From IMG/VR virus record IMGVR_UViG_3300009011_000002, positions 162,774-226,773 of that record: a stretch of 64,000 bases of DNA; one strand, 5' to 3'. A model generated the notes under the pieces. The model was not told the DNA's origin. It did no database searches and saw only the letters and a list, made by a program, of their open reading frames with translations. The translations under genes were made by a program, and so were the position numbers. This document shows, one piece after another, positions 46,476-56,330 of this stretch (position 1 is its first letter; each line of letters starts with the position of its first letter).

Positions 46476-48845
46476 TCAGTCCTGAGGCAGCAACACCAGC
46501 GGACGATCCGTGGCAATGTGGCGCAGAGTGGCGGTGTTCGGGTCGAACGAGGAGTAGTTGAACAGCCACATGTTGTCCGAGTCGCTGAAACGCAGAATGC
46601 GATCAGTCGTATCGAACGGGGTGGTTTCACCCATGGTGGTTTCGAAACCGGCTTCTACCAACTGGAAGTATTCCGGGTATTTGCTGCGCTGAATGATCAC
46701 AGCTTCACCCGGCGTGTGGATTGGACCACCGCGGCGGTTGACAACGGCAATATACATCTGCCGTTCTACAACCAGTGCCAGATCCTGGCGCATCTTGTCG
46801 ATGTCCGAAGCGTCTTCGTCCAGAGCCGGTTTGTACGGATGGTTGAAGAGGAAGATTTCCAGGCCTTTGATCAACTGGCTGTTGGCATCGGTAACGTGCA
46901 GCTCACGGCGGTCGTCTTCCGAACCGCGTTCTTTCAGGTACTCGCTCAGTTCGCGGATATCACGAACAGCCGAGCTGACCGACAGGTGGGTACCCTTGCC
47001 CTTCTTCGGGGTGTAACCGCAGGTGTTCACCAGCCAGTTGTTGACCAGCAGAGTCAGGCGTTCGTCAATGAAGTTGCACAGCTCTGGGTTGACGATGCCC
47101 TGGGTGAAGTAGGTGTTCAGTGCGTTGCACGCCTGGAAGAAGGTCGGACGATCTTCACCCGAGATACCGGAGTCCTTGAACAGGAACGGCATGTCGTTGT
47201 ACAGGCGGATACGCTCTTCCGGAGCTTGTACGTTGAACACGTCCCAGATCACGGCGTTGAAACCAACGGCGTTTTCGGTTTGGATGTTCTTGGTGATGGT
47301 GGTGTTCATCGCCTTGATGGTCGATTCCAGCTCGCCGGCGCTGTTCGAAACGATCGCTTCTTTCACGGCGATCAGCGGGATGTCGACCAGCTTCTTCACA
47401 GTGGCCTGGGTGATGGTCAGGTTACGCTTGGAGGTAACGTCTTCCACCGGCACTGGTACTACGTTGTAGTCCGGCTTTTCCGGGTTGTCGATCAGCGGCA
47501 GCAGCAGTGCCGGGTTGGACAGGATGGTTTGCACGGTAAGCCCCTCGGCGCGCACGATGAAGCTGAACCAGCCGGTGTCGCCATCGAAGTCCAGTTGGAC
47601 AACGCGGAACGAACCTGGCAGCACGGTTTCTTCCGGACCTTGTTCAGCGTGTTTACGGAAAACGTGCTGGATCTGTTTCCAGTCGCTTTCCGGGATGAAG
47701 TAGTGGTTCGGTTTGCTGATGGCGTGGAAATAACGAAGGAGGTTGAATTCCTTCATGTTTTGCCTGGTGAGGTTTTCCAGGTCAGTGCGTTGATTGTTCC
47801 AGTCGATCACAGTATTGTCTCCCGTAAGACCATGCTGTTGTTGGTTTGTATATTGATACCCGGAGTTGCCCCCGGCTGCTTTCCGACGTGCCAGCTCGAG
47901 GATCTCACGGTAGGCGTAGTCGTCCATCACTTGCGGTTGTTGCGGATTGTGACCAAAATTATTGTGGTTGAACATTTCAGCATTCTTTCCATAGAGCATG
48001 TTCCAGTCTGGTCGAGTTGTCTCTTGCAGCTTGAACTCCAAGCCGCCGTACGGCGAAGTCTGACCAAACATATCGTAGGCGGACGCAGCGGCTTCCTTGA
48101 AGTTCTCCAAGTGGGCGAACTTCTCCAGGATGCTCTTCGGCAGTTGGCGACACATTTGCTGGCCCTGCGGGGTACGCATCAACCAACTGACGAATTCGAA
48201 GAACAACACGTTCCTGGCAGCAACATAAGCCAACTCCAGGTACTCATTCGCATTGAGTCCATCTTTGTTACCATTGCGGAGCTTTTCTACCACCCCTTTA
48301 CCAAACATCGGCAAACTGGTGTTGGCTACTACCCGGGTGAATTCCGCTTGCCGGTTAACCGCTTCAATGAACGCTTGCCGTGCTACACAGGTACGACCGA
48401 ACTCGTCTGCCGAGAACGAGTCTCGTGCGTTCTTGTATTGGTCATACAACTGTCCAGTACGGTAGTAGATCTGGCGCCAGTACTCTGCCATCGCCGGTGC
48501 TGCACGATCGATAAAGTACTTGAGGTTATCAGGGTCGCTGTCCTGACTGCTCTTTAAGGCACGGAGACCTTCGTCCTCGTACGCGGACTGACCGTAGGTC
48601 GCCCAGTTAAAGCTAGCCCCGCTGGTGTTCGCAGCTACGCTAGACATCTGCTGCATGATCATTTCGCCAGGCGACATTTGCTGCATGCCTTGACCCATCA
48701 TGGGTTGTTGCATACCGCCCATGCCTGGCTGCCCCATACCAGCACCCAACGGGGTGCGGGCCATGCCAGGAGCACCACCCATTCCGTTATCAGGTAGACG
48801 GACACCGGCTTGAGGTCTGATCAGGTTATTGGGGTTTTGGTTCAT
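46476..48845 (-). CDS. conserved jumbo-phage protein with a Q/G/M-rich N-terminus
   Basis: 789 aa downstream of the RNAP subunit, in the capsid/RNAP block. Confidence 0.8.
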   Translation of the reverse strand: MNQNPNNLIRPQAGVRLPDNGMGGAPGMARTPLGAGMGQPGMGGMQQPMMGQGMQQMSPGEMIMQQMSSVAANTSGASFNWATYGQSAYEDEGLRALKSSQDSDPDNLKYFIDRAAPAMAEYWRQIYYRTGQLYDQYKNARDSFSADEFGRTCVARQAFIEAVNRQAEFTRVVANTSLPMFGKGVVEKLRNGNKDGLNANEYLELAYVAARNVLFFEFVSWLMRTPQGQQMCRQLPKSILEKFAHLENFKEAAASAYDMFGQTSPYGGLEFKLQETTRPDWNMLYGKNAEMFNHNNFGHNPQQPQVMDDYAYREILELARRKAAGGNSGYQYTNQQQHGLTGDNTVIDWNNQRTDLENLTRQNMKEFNLLRYFHAISKPNHYFIPESDWKQIQHVFRKHAEQGPEETVLPGSFRVVQLDFDGDTGWFSFIVRAEGLTVQTILSNPALLLPLIDNPEKPDYNVVPVPVEDVTSKRNLTITQATVKKLVDIPLIAVKEAIVSNSAGELESTIKAMNTTITKNIQTENAVGFNAVIWDVFNVQAPEERIRLYNDMPFLFKDSGISGEDRPTFFQACNALNTYFTQGIVNPELCNFIDERLTLLVNNWLVNTCGYTPKKGKGTHLSVSSAVRDIRELSEYLKERGSEDDRRELHVTDANSQLIKGLEIFLFNHPYKPALDEDASDIDKMRQDLALVVERQMYIAVVNRRGGPIHTPGEAVIIQRSKYPEYFQLVEAGFETTMGETTPFDTTDRILRFSDSDNMWLFNYSSFDPNTATLRHIATDRPLVLLPQD

Positions 48846-48879
48846 TGGTTAGGTTCTCTTTACTGTGCGCTATGGAGGA

Positions 48880-50559
48880 TTACTTAGATACCTCTCTATA
48901 ACGCAGGCGTTTATCTGTTTTCTCGAACAGCGGCTTGAACGTCGGATCAATATCCGTGATCTTACCATCACGCAGATAAATGCAAGGGTTTAAGTAGCCG
49001 CGAGCGTCGGGATAAGGGCCGGTAACACGACTGGAGCTGAAGACGAACGGAAGCGACGCGTGGATGTGACCCGCGCTGTCGGTGATGTCAAACTCTCCGC
49101 GTTTCTTCGCTTTGGCCGAGCTGGTGTAGACACGGTGCTGCGGCATACAGCCCAGCATGTAATCCACAAACGGGTTATCCGTCGGTGTAGCTTCCTGGAT
49201 AAGGTTGGTTGTCCGTGCATTATCGATCTCCTTGATGTGGAAATGATTATGCAGGAACCGCGACACCTTCTTCTGACTGAGTTCGGAATTGTTCTTGATG
49301 TCGTGCTTGAAGTTGTTGGCAGCGGTGATCAGCTTGTCCAACGTGAACTCCAGACTCGACAGCTCCTTATCGAAGCCAGAGGCCCGATCCGAAGTCTGAA
49401 CAATCTCGCTACGGTTTGCGATAATGTAGTTGAACAGGTCGTACATGTTCGAGACCACAATGCGTTGCTTCGCAAACTTCTGGATCGACTCGTCGTCGAG
49501 GTACTCGTTAATCGAGTGGAAGTGTTCATACATCAAACGCATGATGTAATCAGCCTGGTCACCTGCTTTCACAGAGCACCGGCCAATCAGGAGCTTCCAA
49601 TAGTCGGGATTGTCAATCTCGTCTACCTCGAAGTGGGATGACATGCAGTCCATCACGAAGAGCAACGCAGTCGCATACTGCAAGCCCATGGTGCTGAGCT
49701 CTTTACGACTGGCGCTCTTGTTCCGTACTGCAATCCCAAGGTCATGGCTAACATAGTCACCCAAGCTCTTGGAGTTCCCATCTGCCGATGTGGTCCGGGT
49801 GTAGATTTGCCAGCGGTCCGATTTGGACGCTTCTTCCACCAGGGCATCGACCGAGCCTACCATGAACTGACATTCACCAAAATCTTCCATCGCCTTACTG
49901 AAGCCGATGTTAGCGAAGATGTACCAGGCCAAGAGTGGCGTTGGCGTTTTGGAGTCAGTGATCTTGCGAGATTCCGTCGGCGAATAGAAACGGTTCGCCG
50001 CCATGTTCGTCTGATGGTGGTGGGTAGTGTACCGACCAGTGTCCCAAAGGATCTGATCGTAGTTGAAATGTTCCACCCCAATCTTGAACTTGAAGCCCAG
50101 TACTTTAACAAAGATGGAGTTTTCCTTGGTTACGGGTAGCCCACGTTCAGCCAACACAAACTGCAGACTGTAGTGAACCCCCCGCAACCAGATATCCCCG
50201 TAACGATCGGTGTACGGGAGCATCGTGTACGCTGGCTTCAGCTCGATCATCGCCCCAGAACGGTCACGGTAGTCGAACTTGATCTTCACAGGATACAGAG
50301 TCTCCTTGTGAATGTCGTACATTTTGGTACTGCTGTTCAGCAAGTACTCGTTATACTCCCGCGGGGACACCCGCTCCACATCCCGGAAGAACACGCCGCG
50401 TGACTCAATACCCTTTAACAAGGTTCGCAACGCTGACCGGTAGTACTGTAACCCTTTCTCGAATTCCTTTTGGTGGAAACCCTCCACAATCTCTTGGTTG
50501 AACCTGGGCATTGTCGCGTCGACTGCCCGAGCGAGTTTTGGTAACATGTGGCGCTCCAT
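48880..50559 (-). CDS. non-virion RNA polymerase beta-like subunit, N-terminal part (phiKZ gp123-like)
   Basis: 559 aa; P.FN..I..GF, LPY....G.I.L.G..Y....VL, H.S and R..LNP motifs recalled for this family; synteny with capsid and DnaB. Confidence 0.75.
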   Translation of the reverse strand: MERHMLPKLARAVDATMPRFNQEIVEGFHQKEFEKGLQYYRSALRTLLKGIESRGVFFRDVERVSPREYNEYLLNSSTKMYDIHKETLYPVKIKFDYRDRSGAMIELKPAYTMLPYTDRYGDIWLRGVHYSLQFVLAERGLPVTKENSIFVKVLGFKFKIGVEHFNYDQILWDTGRYTTHHHQTNMAANRFYSPTESRKITDSKTPTPLLAWYIFANIGFSKAMEDFGECQFMVGSVDALVEEASKSDRWQIYTRTTSADGNSKSLGDYVSHDLGIAVRNKSASRKELSTMGLQYATALLFVMDCMSSHFEVDEIDNPDYWKLLIGRCSVKAGDQADYIMRLMYEHFHSINEYLDDESIQKFAKQRIVVSNMYDLFNYIIANRSEIVQTSDRASGFDKELSSLEFTLDKLITAANNFKHDIKNNSELSQKKVSRFLHNHFHIKEIDNARTTNLIQEATPTDNPFVDYMLGCMPQHRVYTSSAKAKKRGEFDITDSAGHIHASLPFVFSSSRVTGPYPDARGYLNPCIYLRDGKITDIDPTFKPLFEKTDKRLRYREVSK

Positions 50560-51662
50560 TAAGAAGTTAGCAGTTTATACCCCGTAAAAGCTACTCCCGC
50601 TAAAGTACCAACAGCTTTAGCGAAATCCCCCCAGGTGTTCTGGGACCCTTTACTCTTCAACATGTCGATGTTCGCTTTACTGACCGTCGCATTCAGACGG
50701 TGCTCGTACTTCGACATATCAGAGTGCAGCTGATGGTGGATCTTCAACTGAGCGATCTCGTTCTTACAGTCAGCCTTGACCTTGTCCATCTCAGTAACCA
50801 ACCGGGCATTATTGAACTCGGTTTGTTCCAGGGTACTGACGGTGGTTTCAAGGGTTTTCTTCAGGGCGTCAATATCTTTAATGAGATCTTTGTTCCTGCG
50901 TTCTACGCTCAGGTAACGCTCAGTGTTCCCGCCTTCATCACAGGCTGCCTTGGTCCCAAAAATCCCGATACCTTCTAAGAGCTTAGGTTTTTCGAGGTCT
51001 TCGAAGGTGTAGTATAGTACTTCCCGTGGTTCAATACCGCAAGAAATACCAACATACAATCCGGGTTTCCGGTTATCGTCATACAGAATAGGGACCTGGT
51101 GAGATTTCCCCAAGGCATTGGTATAGAGTGGTTTACTAATCCGCTTAGGATCGTTCACGTATACAACGTAAGACAATGTTCCGCTACAGGCCATCTCCTT
51201 ATTGATTTCTGCCAACTGTTCGTTGAACAAATGTTTTGGGGAATTCAACGCTGGGCTGTTGATGTTCATCTTACCCAGGTACAACGTGATTCCCAGCAAC
51301 TCACTGTGCAGGGCGTTGTTCTCTTCCACCAACGATTTACCCAAGTATATCTGAACCTGCAGACTGTTCGGCAGATCCTTGTAATACATTTGGTTCCCGT
51401 TGCGGAGGTTCTGCTGTTCTTTAGACAGCTCGCTCAGGATCTTCTTGTCCAACTTCGTCAAGGCGTCTCCCTCATTGATCATGAGGTTTTCCAAGTAGAC
51501 GTTTGCAATGGTTACGTACAAGTAACGGTCTTCTCGGAAGGTGGCTTCAGAGCTGGACTTAATAATGTACGCCAAACCACCTTTAACCTTGACGACTACT
51601 TCATCAGCGGAAGTATTAGTTACCTTATACTCCAGCTTGAAACTGTTCACATTGGCGCTCAT
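50559..51662 (-). CDS. conserved hypothetical protein with C-terminal coiled coil and hydrophobic tail
   Basis: 367 aa, GGAG RBS, coupled to the RNAP subunit. Confidence 0.75.
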   Translation of the reverse strand: MSANVNSFKLEYKVTNTSADEVVVKVKGGLAYIIKSSSEATFREDRYLYVTIANVYLENLMINEGDALTKLDKKILSELSKEQQNLRNGNQMYYKDLPNSLQVQIYLGKSLVEENNALHSELLGITLYLGKMNINSPALNSPKHLFNEQLAEINKEMACSGTLSYVVYVNDPKRISKPLYTNALGKSHQVPILYDDNRKPGLYVGISCGIEPREVLYYTFEDLEKPKLLEGIGIFGTKAACDEGGNTERYLSVERRNKDLIKDIDALKKTLETTVSTLEQTEFNNARLVTEMDKVKADCKNEIAQLKIHHQLHSDMSKYEHRLNATVSKANIDMLKSKGSQNTWGDFAKAVGTLAGVAFTGYKLLTS

Positions 51663-51723
51663 TGTTAAGTCTCCAGCTTGCTAGTGCTTCCAAAGAAGCA
51701 ATAGTTAATCTTTAGTCCCCTTG

Positions 51724-51736
51724 ATAATGTAGGTTT
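51724..51736 (-). promoter_or_regulatory. early promoter for the non-virion RNAP operon
   Basis: Minus strand AAACCTACATTAT, a variant of the AAACCTATATTAC motif. Confidence 0.7.
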
Positions 51737-51754
51737 CAAAATTTGTAAGGAGGC

Positions 51755-51814
51755 AAAAAAGAAAGCCTCCCACCCCACCGCCCGGAAGACCGGACGGCAG
51801 GGTAGAAGGTTCTC
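51755..51814 (-). terminator. terminator downstream of the capsid gene
   Basis: Long imperfect GC stem followed by TTTCTTTTTT on the minus strand. Confidence 0.65.
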
Positions 51815-51889
51815 ACATCAAGCCCGGTAAGGCTACCAGACACCATCAGTCTTCAGGGTCAAGGACCCCGTAGTAGGTGCCGGGTAGCA

Positions 51890-54085
51890 TTATGGGTTTG
51901 GGACAGGGGTGGTCCCCTTGGTCGCGTCGATCAGTTCGGCCATACGGCCGTCCAGACCATCAACAGCAACGCGCTGTTTAGCCAGCTGAGTAAGCAGGCC
52001 TTTGTCACCCAGGAACTCGTGGGCATCTTCGATCGTCAGCGAGCCGATGATCGGGCACAGCGGCCAGTGCTTGTAGGTCGGCAGGGTCATCACGACACCG
52101 AAGTCCTGCTGATCACGAGTCACGTTACCCTGTACGACGATGTTCTCTTTCGAGATGTTCACGCCGATGCCGCCCAGCGGGTTGATGAACTCGCTGGTCG
52201 AGGTGTTCTTCGGCACGATCAGCAGTTGGCCGATCTGGCTGTCGAAGTTGGTTTCCTGCACGTCCAGGGTCTGGTTTGGACCGATGGAACGAGCGTCGCC
52301 CGAACGCATGATGAAGCGCGTCAGGTTCTGGTGGATGACCACGGTCCACTCCGGTGCAGCAGCACCGCCGTATTCCGAGATGGCCGCCAGGCCGGACTTG
52401 GTGTTCAGGGCCGCGGTGATGTCGCTGATCTCGTTCAGGAGAGAAGCGGTCACGTTGTCGAACACACCCTGCGAATCGACGCTGGAAACGACGTCACGCA
52501 GTTTCATGGTGCGGTTGACAGCCGAAGCAGTCACGTAGTGCTGGCCAGCCAGAACGTTGGAGCCCTGGTTGTTGCCGACTACTGGAGCGCCGTCGATGGA
52601 GGTGATGTAGCGCAGGTGTTCCTGAGCGACTTCGAACGCCTTCTTCGAGCACTGGTTGTTGATCACAACCGACATCTGCTGGATGGCGAAGTCCAGGGCC
52701 GACTGGTTGTTGTCGTCAGCACTGATCGGGTACTTGACCGAGATCGGGCTGTTGCGACGAACCGACAGACGCTTGAAGGCGTCGAACACTTCGATGCGGT
52801 AGCCGAAGTTGCCGCGCGAGGTGTTGCTCACGTTGAAGGTGAACTTGGCGGCGGCAACGGTGCCGTCGGTGAAGCTGCGGATCAGGGCTTTCTGCTCGTC
52901 GGTAGCACGACCAACAGTGATGTCGTTGCCGGTAGCGATTTCGCGCAGGGCAGCGATTTCAGCGGTACCGCCCAGCAGGCGCAGTTCGTTGCCCTGGCGC
53001 TGGTAGTTGCCGTTGAAGGAAACGTTCAGCAGAGGCTCGAAACCAGCATCCTTGAAGGCCTTGAAGACGGTCTCGCCGACTTCTTTGCCGTCTTTGTCCA
53101 GCACCGAGAAGCCGGTGTGCAGACGCAGGTACAGGCTCAGGCCACGGTCATCGCTCGACTGAGCGGTGGTGGTTGGGCCGAAGGTGTTGTTCGACATCGC
53201 CTTGGTGTTGATGAAGAACGAGGTCGCGGTGCCGCCGAGCTTGCCGGTGATACCGATCGACGCCAGCGAGATCGAGTTGGATTCGATTTCGTCGGTGTTG
53301 GTCCAGGAGCGCTGGCCAGGAGCCTGGGTCAGAGCCAGCAGGTTCGGGATGGTCACCGGCACTTTCAGGTACTGGGTGCGGTGAGCGTCACGGCCGTAGG
53401 CGTCAGCATCTGGGTAGTTGACTTCGGTCGGAGCCACCAGGGATTCCGGAGCGAAGAGCAGACGGTTTTCGTGGCTGGCGGTTTCCGGGTAAACCGGATA
53501 CAGGGCCAGGACTTCGTCTTTGAACATGTCGCCGGACTTCAGCAGGCCGAAGATCGGGCGCAGTTCCGAGGCCGACTGCCAGGCGCTGTTGCCGTAGGCG
53601 TAGTGGCCCAGACCGGCAGCACGAACTTTCAGGCTGGCGCCTTCGTCTTCGTACTTGACGGTGATGGTGGAGAACAGAGCCTCGGCTGCCTTGGTCTGCA
53701 GGTGCGACTGGGCGTTGAGGGTCAGGTTGGCCGCTTTGATGTCCTGCTCTTTACCAGGCTCGTTCTGCAGCGAGAAGCCTTCGTAACCAGCTACCTCGGC
53801 GAGGGTCTTGCCGACGTCGCGGAAGTATTCCAGCTCGGCCGACGGAGTCACCTGACGGGTCAGGGCGCCGTGGAAGGCGTCGAATTGCTTGTGGGTGATG
53901 CCCTGAACGATCTTCTGCAGCTCCAGGCTTTCCTGGCCGGCAACGTTACCCAGGCCACTGGAGAATGCAGAGAAAGACTCCGCGCCCTGGACAGCGGCGA
54001 AGGAGGACGCTTGAATTGCGGTTTTGATCGCGTGGAAGGAGTTGCCGCCTTCCTTCAACGACGCTTCGAGGTTCTTGAAGGCCAT
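51890..54085 (-). CDS. major capsid protein (phiKZ gp120-like)
   Basis: 731 aa, extreme codon bias, N-terminal G-x-E maturation sites (GAE, GQE, GYE), EALF.TI and LP.Y.H....PI motifs; near DnaB. Confidence 0.85.
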   Translation of the reverse strand: MAFKNLEASLKEGGNSFHAIKTAIQASSFAAVQGAESFSAFSSGLGNVAGQESLELQKIVQGITHKQFDAFHGALTRQVTPSAELEYFRDVGKTLAEVAGYEGFSLQNEPGKEQDIKAANLTLNAQSHLQTKAAEALFSTITVKYEDEGASLKVRAAGLGHYAYGNSAWQSASELRPIFGLLKSGDMFKDEVLALYPVYPETASHENRLLFAPESLVAPTEVNYPDADAYGRDAHRTQYLKVPVTIPNLLALTQAPGQRSWTNTDEIESNSISLASIGITGKLGGTATSFFINTKAMSNNTFGPTTTAQSSDDRGLSLYLRLHTGFSVLDKDGKEVGETVFKAFKDAGFEPLLNVSFNGNYQRQGNELRLLGGTAEIAALREIATGNDITVGRATDEQKALIRSFTDGTVAAAKFTFNVSNTSRGNFGYRIEVFDAFKRLSVRRNSPISVKYPISADDNNQSALDFAIQQMSVVINNQCSKKAFEVAQEHLRYITSIDGAPVVGNNQGSNVLAGQHYVTASAVNRTMKLRDVVSSVDSQGVFDNVTASLLNEISDITAALNTKSGLAAISEYGGAAAPEWTVVIHQNLTRFIMRSGDARSIGPNQTLDVQETNFDSQIGQLLIVPKNTSTSEFINPLGGIGVNISKENIVVQGNVTRDQQDFGVVMTLPTYKHWPLCPIIGSLTIEDAHEFLGDKGLLTQLAKQRVAVDGLDGRMAELIDATKGTTPVPNP

Positions 54086-54129
54086 GGATTCGAATCCTAT
54101 TCATGACTGGGATGTGAACAAATATATTT

Positions 54130-54160
54130 GTCTGTGTACTGCTACACATAAAATACAGTG
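54130..54160 (-). promoter_or_regulatory. candidate late promoter (TATG)
   Basis: TTTTATGTG on the minus strand about 60 nt upstream of the capsid start; phiKZ late promoters start at TATG. Confidence 0.45.
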
Positions 54161-54165
54161 AAGTA

Positions 54166-54714
54166 CTACGGGTTCTCGATACTGACCAGCTTGTAAACCT
54201 CAGCCATGGTGAATTGGCCGAGACTCGGTTTTACTACTTTTCCGAAGTGAGTCTCGAAATAACCCACCTTGGCTTGGAGCGTTTCCAGCAGTGCGCCGGA
54301 GAACGTTGTGGCCTCCAAACGGTCGAAACCACTGACGTGTACATCGTCCGAATCGTTGAACAACACGATCAACACGTTTGCACCCGCCGCCAAAGAATTA
54401 AAACTGTTACATTCTTTGTACTTGTCGGATAAGGTTTTACCGTCAAGCCCATTGAATGAAGCTTCCACCCGACCGCCGTTGTAACCGTCCCCGAAGACAT
54501 GCTTCGGGTCTACGAGCGGAACACCCATCTGCTGAGCCACTACATACTGAAACTTCAGGATGTTCGCGATCTCATCGAAAGTGAGTTGCTGATGATATGA
54601 TGAAAGTTTGAACGCGTCCTTCAATGGGATCGATTGCTTGACCAGAAGACGGTGCATCTCACTGGTCAAGAAGAACACCGAAACAGGCGTCCCGTGGGGG
54701 GTCTTAAGAATCAT
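54166..54714 (-). CDS. hypothetical/virion protein upstream of the capsid gene
   Basis: 182 aa, AGGAG RBS. Confidence 0.75.
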   Translation of the reverse strand: MILKTPHGTPVSVFFLTSEMHRLLVKQSIPLKDAFKLSSYHQQLTFDEIANILKFQYVVAQQMGVPLVDPKHVFGDGYNGGRVEASFNGLDGKTLSDKYKECNSFNSLAAGANVLIVLFNDSDDVHVSGFDRLEATTFSGALLETLQAKVGYFETHFGKVVKPSLGQFTMAEVYKLVSIENP

Positions 54715-54737
54715 GCTCAGCTCCTAGGAGTCATCGA

Positions 54738-56270
54738 ATGAACGATTTGCTGGTACTGGTTAAACTTTTGTGCGCGATGTATCAAGCCAAGAAGCTGAAA
54801 GATCAAAACCTGATCGCAGAGCTGACGGACACATTGCGAGAGTTGCCGGTTCCTCCTACTGATATTTACTCTCAGGATAAGGAAACCCGTGACAACATCA
54901 AGGCGACGATCCAGTGGCTGGTTAAACAGCCAGAAGATGAAGAGATCATAAAATCAGTATTGATGCAGCGGGTTCGTATGTTCTGCAAGAACGACGACAC
55001 CCTGAAAGAAGTAGTAGAAGCCGGTCTGGAAGATTACCCGACCGAAGAGATGACCCGTAAGGTTGTCTACAAGCACATCACCGAGATCCGTTTGAACTCG
55101 GAAGGTGAAGAGTTCGCTAAGCGCTTTAAGAAGGTCTTGAAGGATTTCACCTACAAAGACCTCGGCGACATGGAACTGGCTGACTGGTCTCACCTCGCTG
55201 ACCTGATCAACGAACGGATGGCAGTTCAGTTTGATGAACGTCAATCTGAGATCGTCCACTCGGTCAACAGCGAAGACCCTGAATCGTTCCATGCCATCAT
55301 TGAAATGGCCAAGAAGGAAAACAGTAAGGAAGGTATCCTTCGTTTGGGTATGCAAGGGGTTAACGAAGCCCTTGAACCTGACGGGGGTCTACGCCGTGGT
55401 AAGTTCTATCTGTTCAACGCACTGACCAACCGTGGTAAGTCGTTGACCATGGCGCACGTTATTGCTTCGGTTGGTTTGTACAACAAGCCTCTGCTGCGTA
55501 ACAAGGCCAAGATCCCGACGATCCTCCAGGAGTCTGCAGAAGACACCATGGACCTGATCATCATGCGGATGTACAAGTTGGCAATCACCGTCAAGAACGA
55601 CGAGCTTGCTGACTTCCAGAACACCGAAAAAGAAGATATCGTTCAAACCATCGTCGACTGCTTCAAAGAGAACGGATGGTTCCTCATCATCAACCAGATC
55701 GAATCCAGTAAGGACACTGCCAACGCAATGTTCGACCGTGTTCGTAAACTGGAGATGAAGGGTCACGAGATCATCTTCTACGGTTACGACTACTGCGGCC
55801 TGCAAAACATCGACAAGATTCCGGGTGAAACCAAATCCGATAAGCTGCAGCTGCACTTCCGCAAGATCCGTGCGTTCATCATTGCTCGCGGTATCTGCTT
55901 CGCTACACCTCATCAGCTGTCTCCAGAAGCCAAGCGTAAGCTCCAGGAGTCGGATGAAGAGTCTGAGGTTTACTTCGCCCGGGAAGTTGCGGGTAAATCT
56001 CTTACCGAAACCTCTACCAAGATCACGAACGAAGTAGACGTAGAAATCACCTTCCACGTTGCCAAGACTTCGTTCAAGAACTATTGGACCTACTGCGTTG
56101 GTAAACAGCGTGGTGAAGGTTGTGCTCCAGAGAAGCGTTTCGGTATTTACGACATTGATCCTGACAAGGGTCTTAAGCACGACGTGTTAGGTAAACCGCA
56201 ATTCAGACGTTCACTTGCATTCCGCTTGGATGCCGATGGCAATCAAATCAAGGACTTCGACGCGTTCTGA
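54738..56270 (+). CDS. dnaB: DnaB-like replicative helicase
   Basis: GGLRRG, Walker A ALTNRGKS, SAED, YDY, TPHQLS, GKQRG motifs. Confidence 0.85.
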   Translation: MNDLLVLVKLLCAMYQAKKLKDQNLIAELTDTLRELPVPPTDIYSQDKETRDNIKATIQWLVKQPEDEEIIKSVLMQRVRMFCKNDDTLKEVVEAGLEDYPTEEMTRKVVYKHITEIRLNSEGEEFAKRFKKVLKDFTYKDLGDMELADWSHLADLINERMAVQFDERQSEIVHSVNSEDPESFHAIIEMAKKENSKEGILRLGMQGVNEALEPDGGLRRGKFYLFNALTNRGKSLTMAHVIASVGLYNKPLLRNKAKIPTILQESAEDTMDLIIMRMYKLAITVKNDELADFQNTEKEDIVQTIVDCFKENGWFLIINQIESSKDTANAMFDRVRKLEMKGHEIIFYGYDYCGLQNIDKIPGETKSDKLQLHFRKIRAFIIARGICFATPHQLSPEAKRKLQESDEESEVYFAREVAGKSLTETSTKITNEVDVEITFHVAKTSFKNYWTYCVGKQRGEGCAPEKRFGIYDIDPDKGLKHDVLGKPQFRRSLAFRLDADGNQIKDFDAF

Positions 56271-56278
56271 TGTACCAC

Positions 56279-56314
56279 TATACTCCCTCTGGCTTGCGGG
56301 CCAGAGGGAGTATA
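56279..56314. terminator. hairpin at a convergent junction
   Basis: TATACTCCCTCTGGC...GCCAGAGGGAGTATA 15-bp stem. Confidence 0.8.
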
Positions 56315-56330
56315 GGTTTATAGCCGCTAC

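Noticed and set aside
46518-48557. 679-aa antisense ORF, and similar ones at 21960-23546, 24942-26288, 27239-28582, 35029-36345 and 40935-42164
   Set aside because: All lie fully opposite well-supported genes and have shadow-like composition
52019-54106. 695-aa plus-strand ORF opposite the capsid gene
   Set aside because: Antisense shadow of strongly biased codon usage; no RBS or recognisable motifs
13678-56270. Inteins or introns in ligase, RNAP subunit or helicase
   Set aside because: ORFs are contiguous and of ordinary length, with no visible splice or homing-endonuclease motifs
56309-56319. AGTATAGGTTT resembling the early promoter
   Set aside because: Lacks the ATTAC half, overlaps a terminator arm and would point antisense into the helicase
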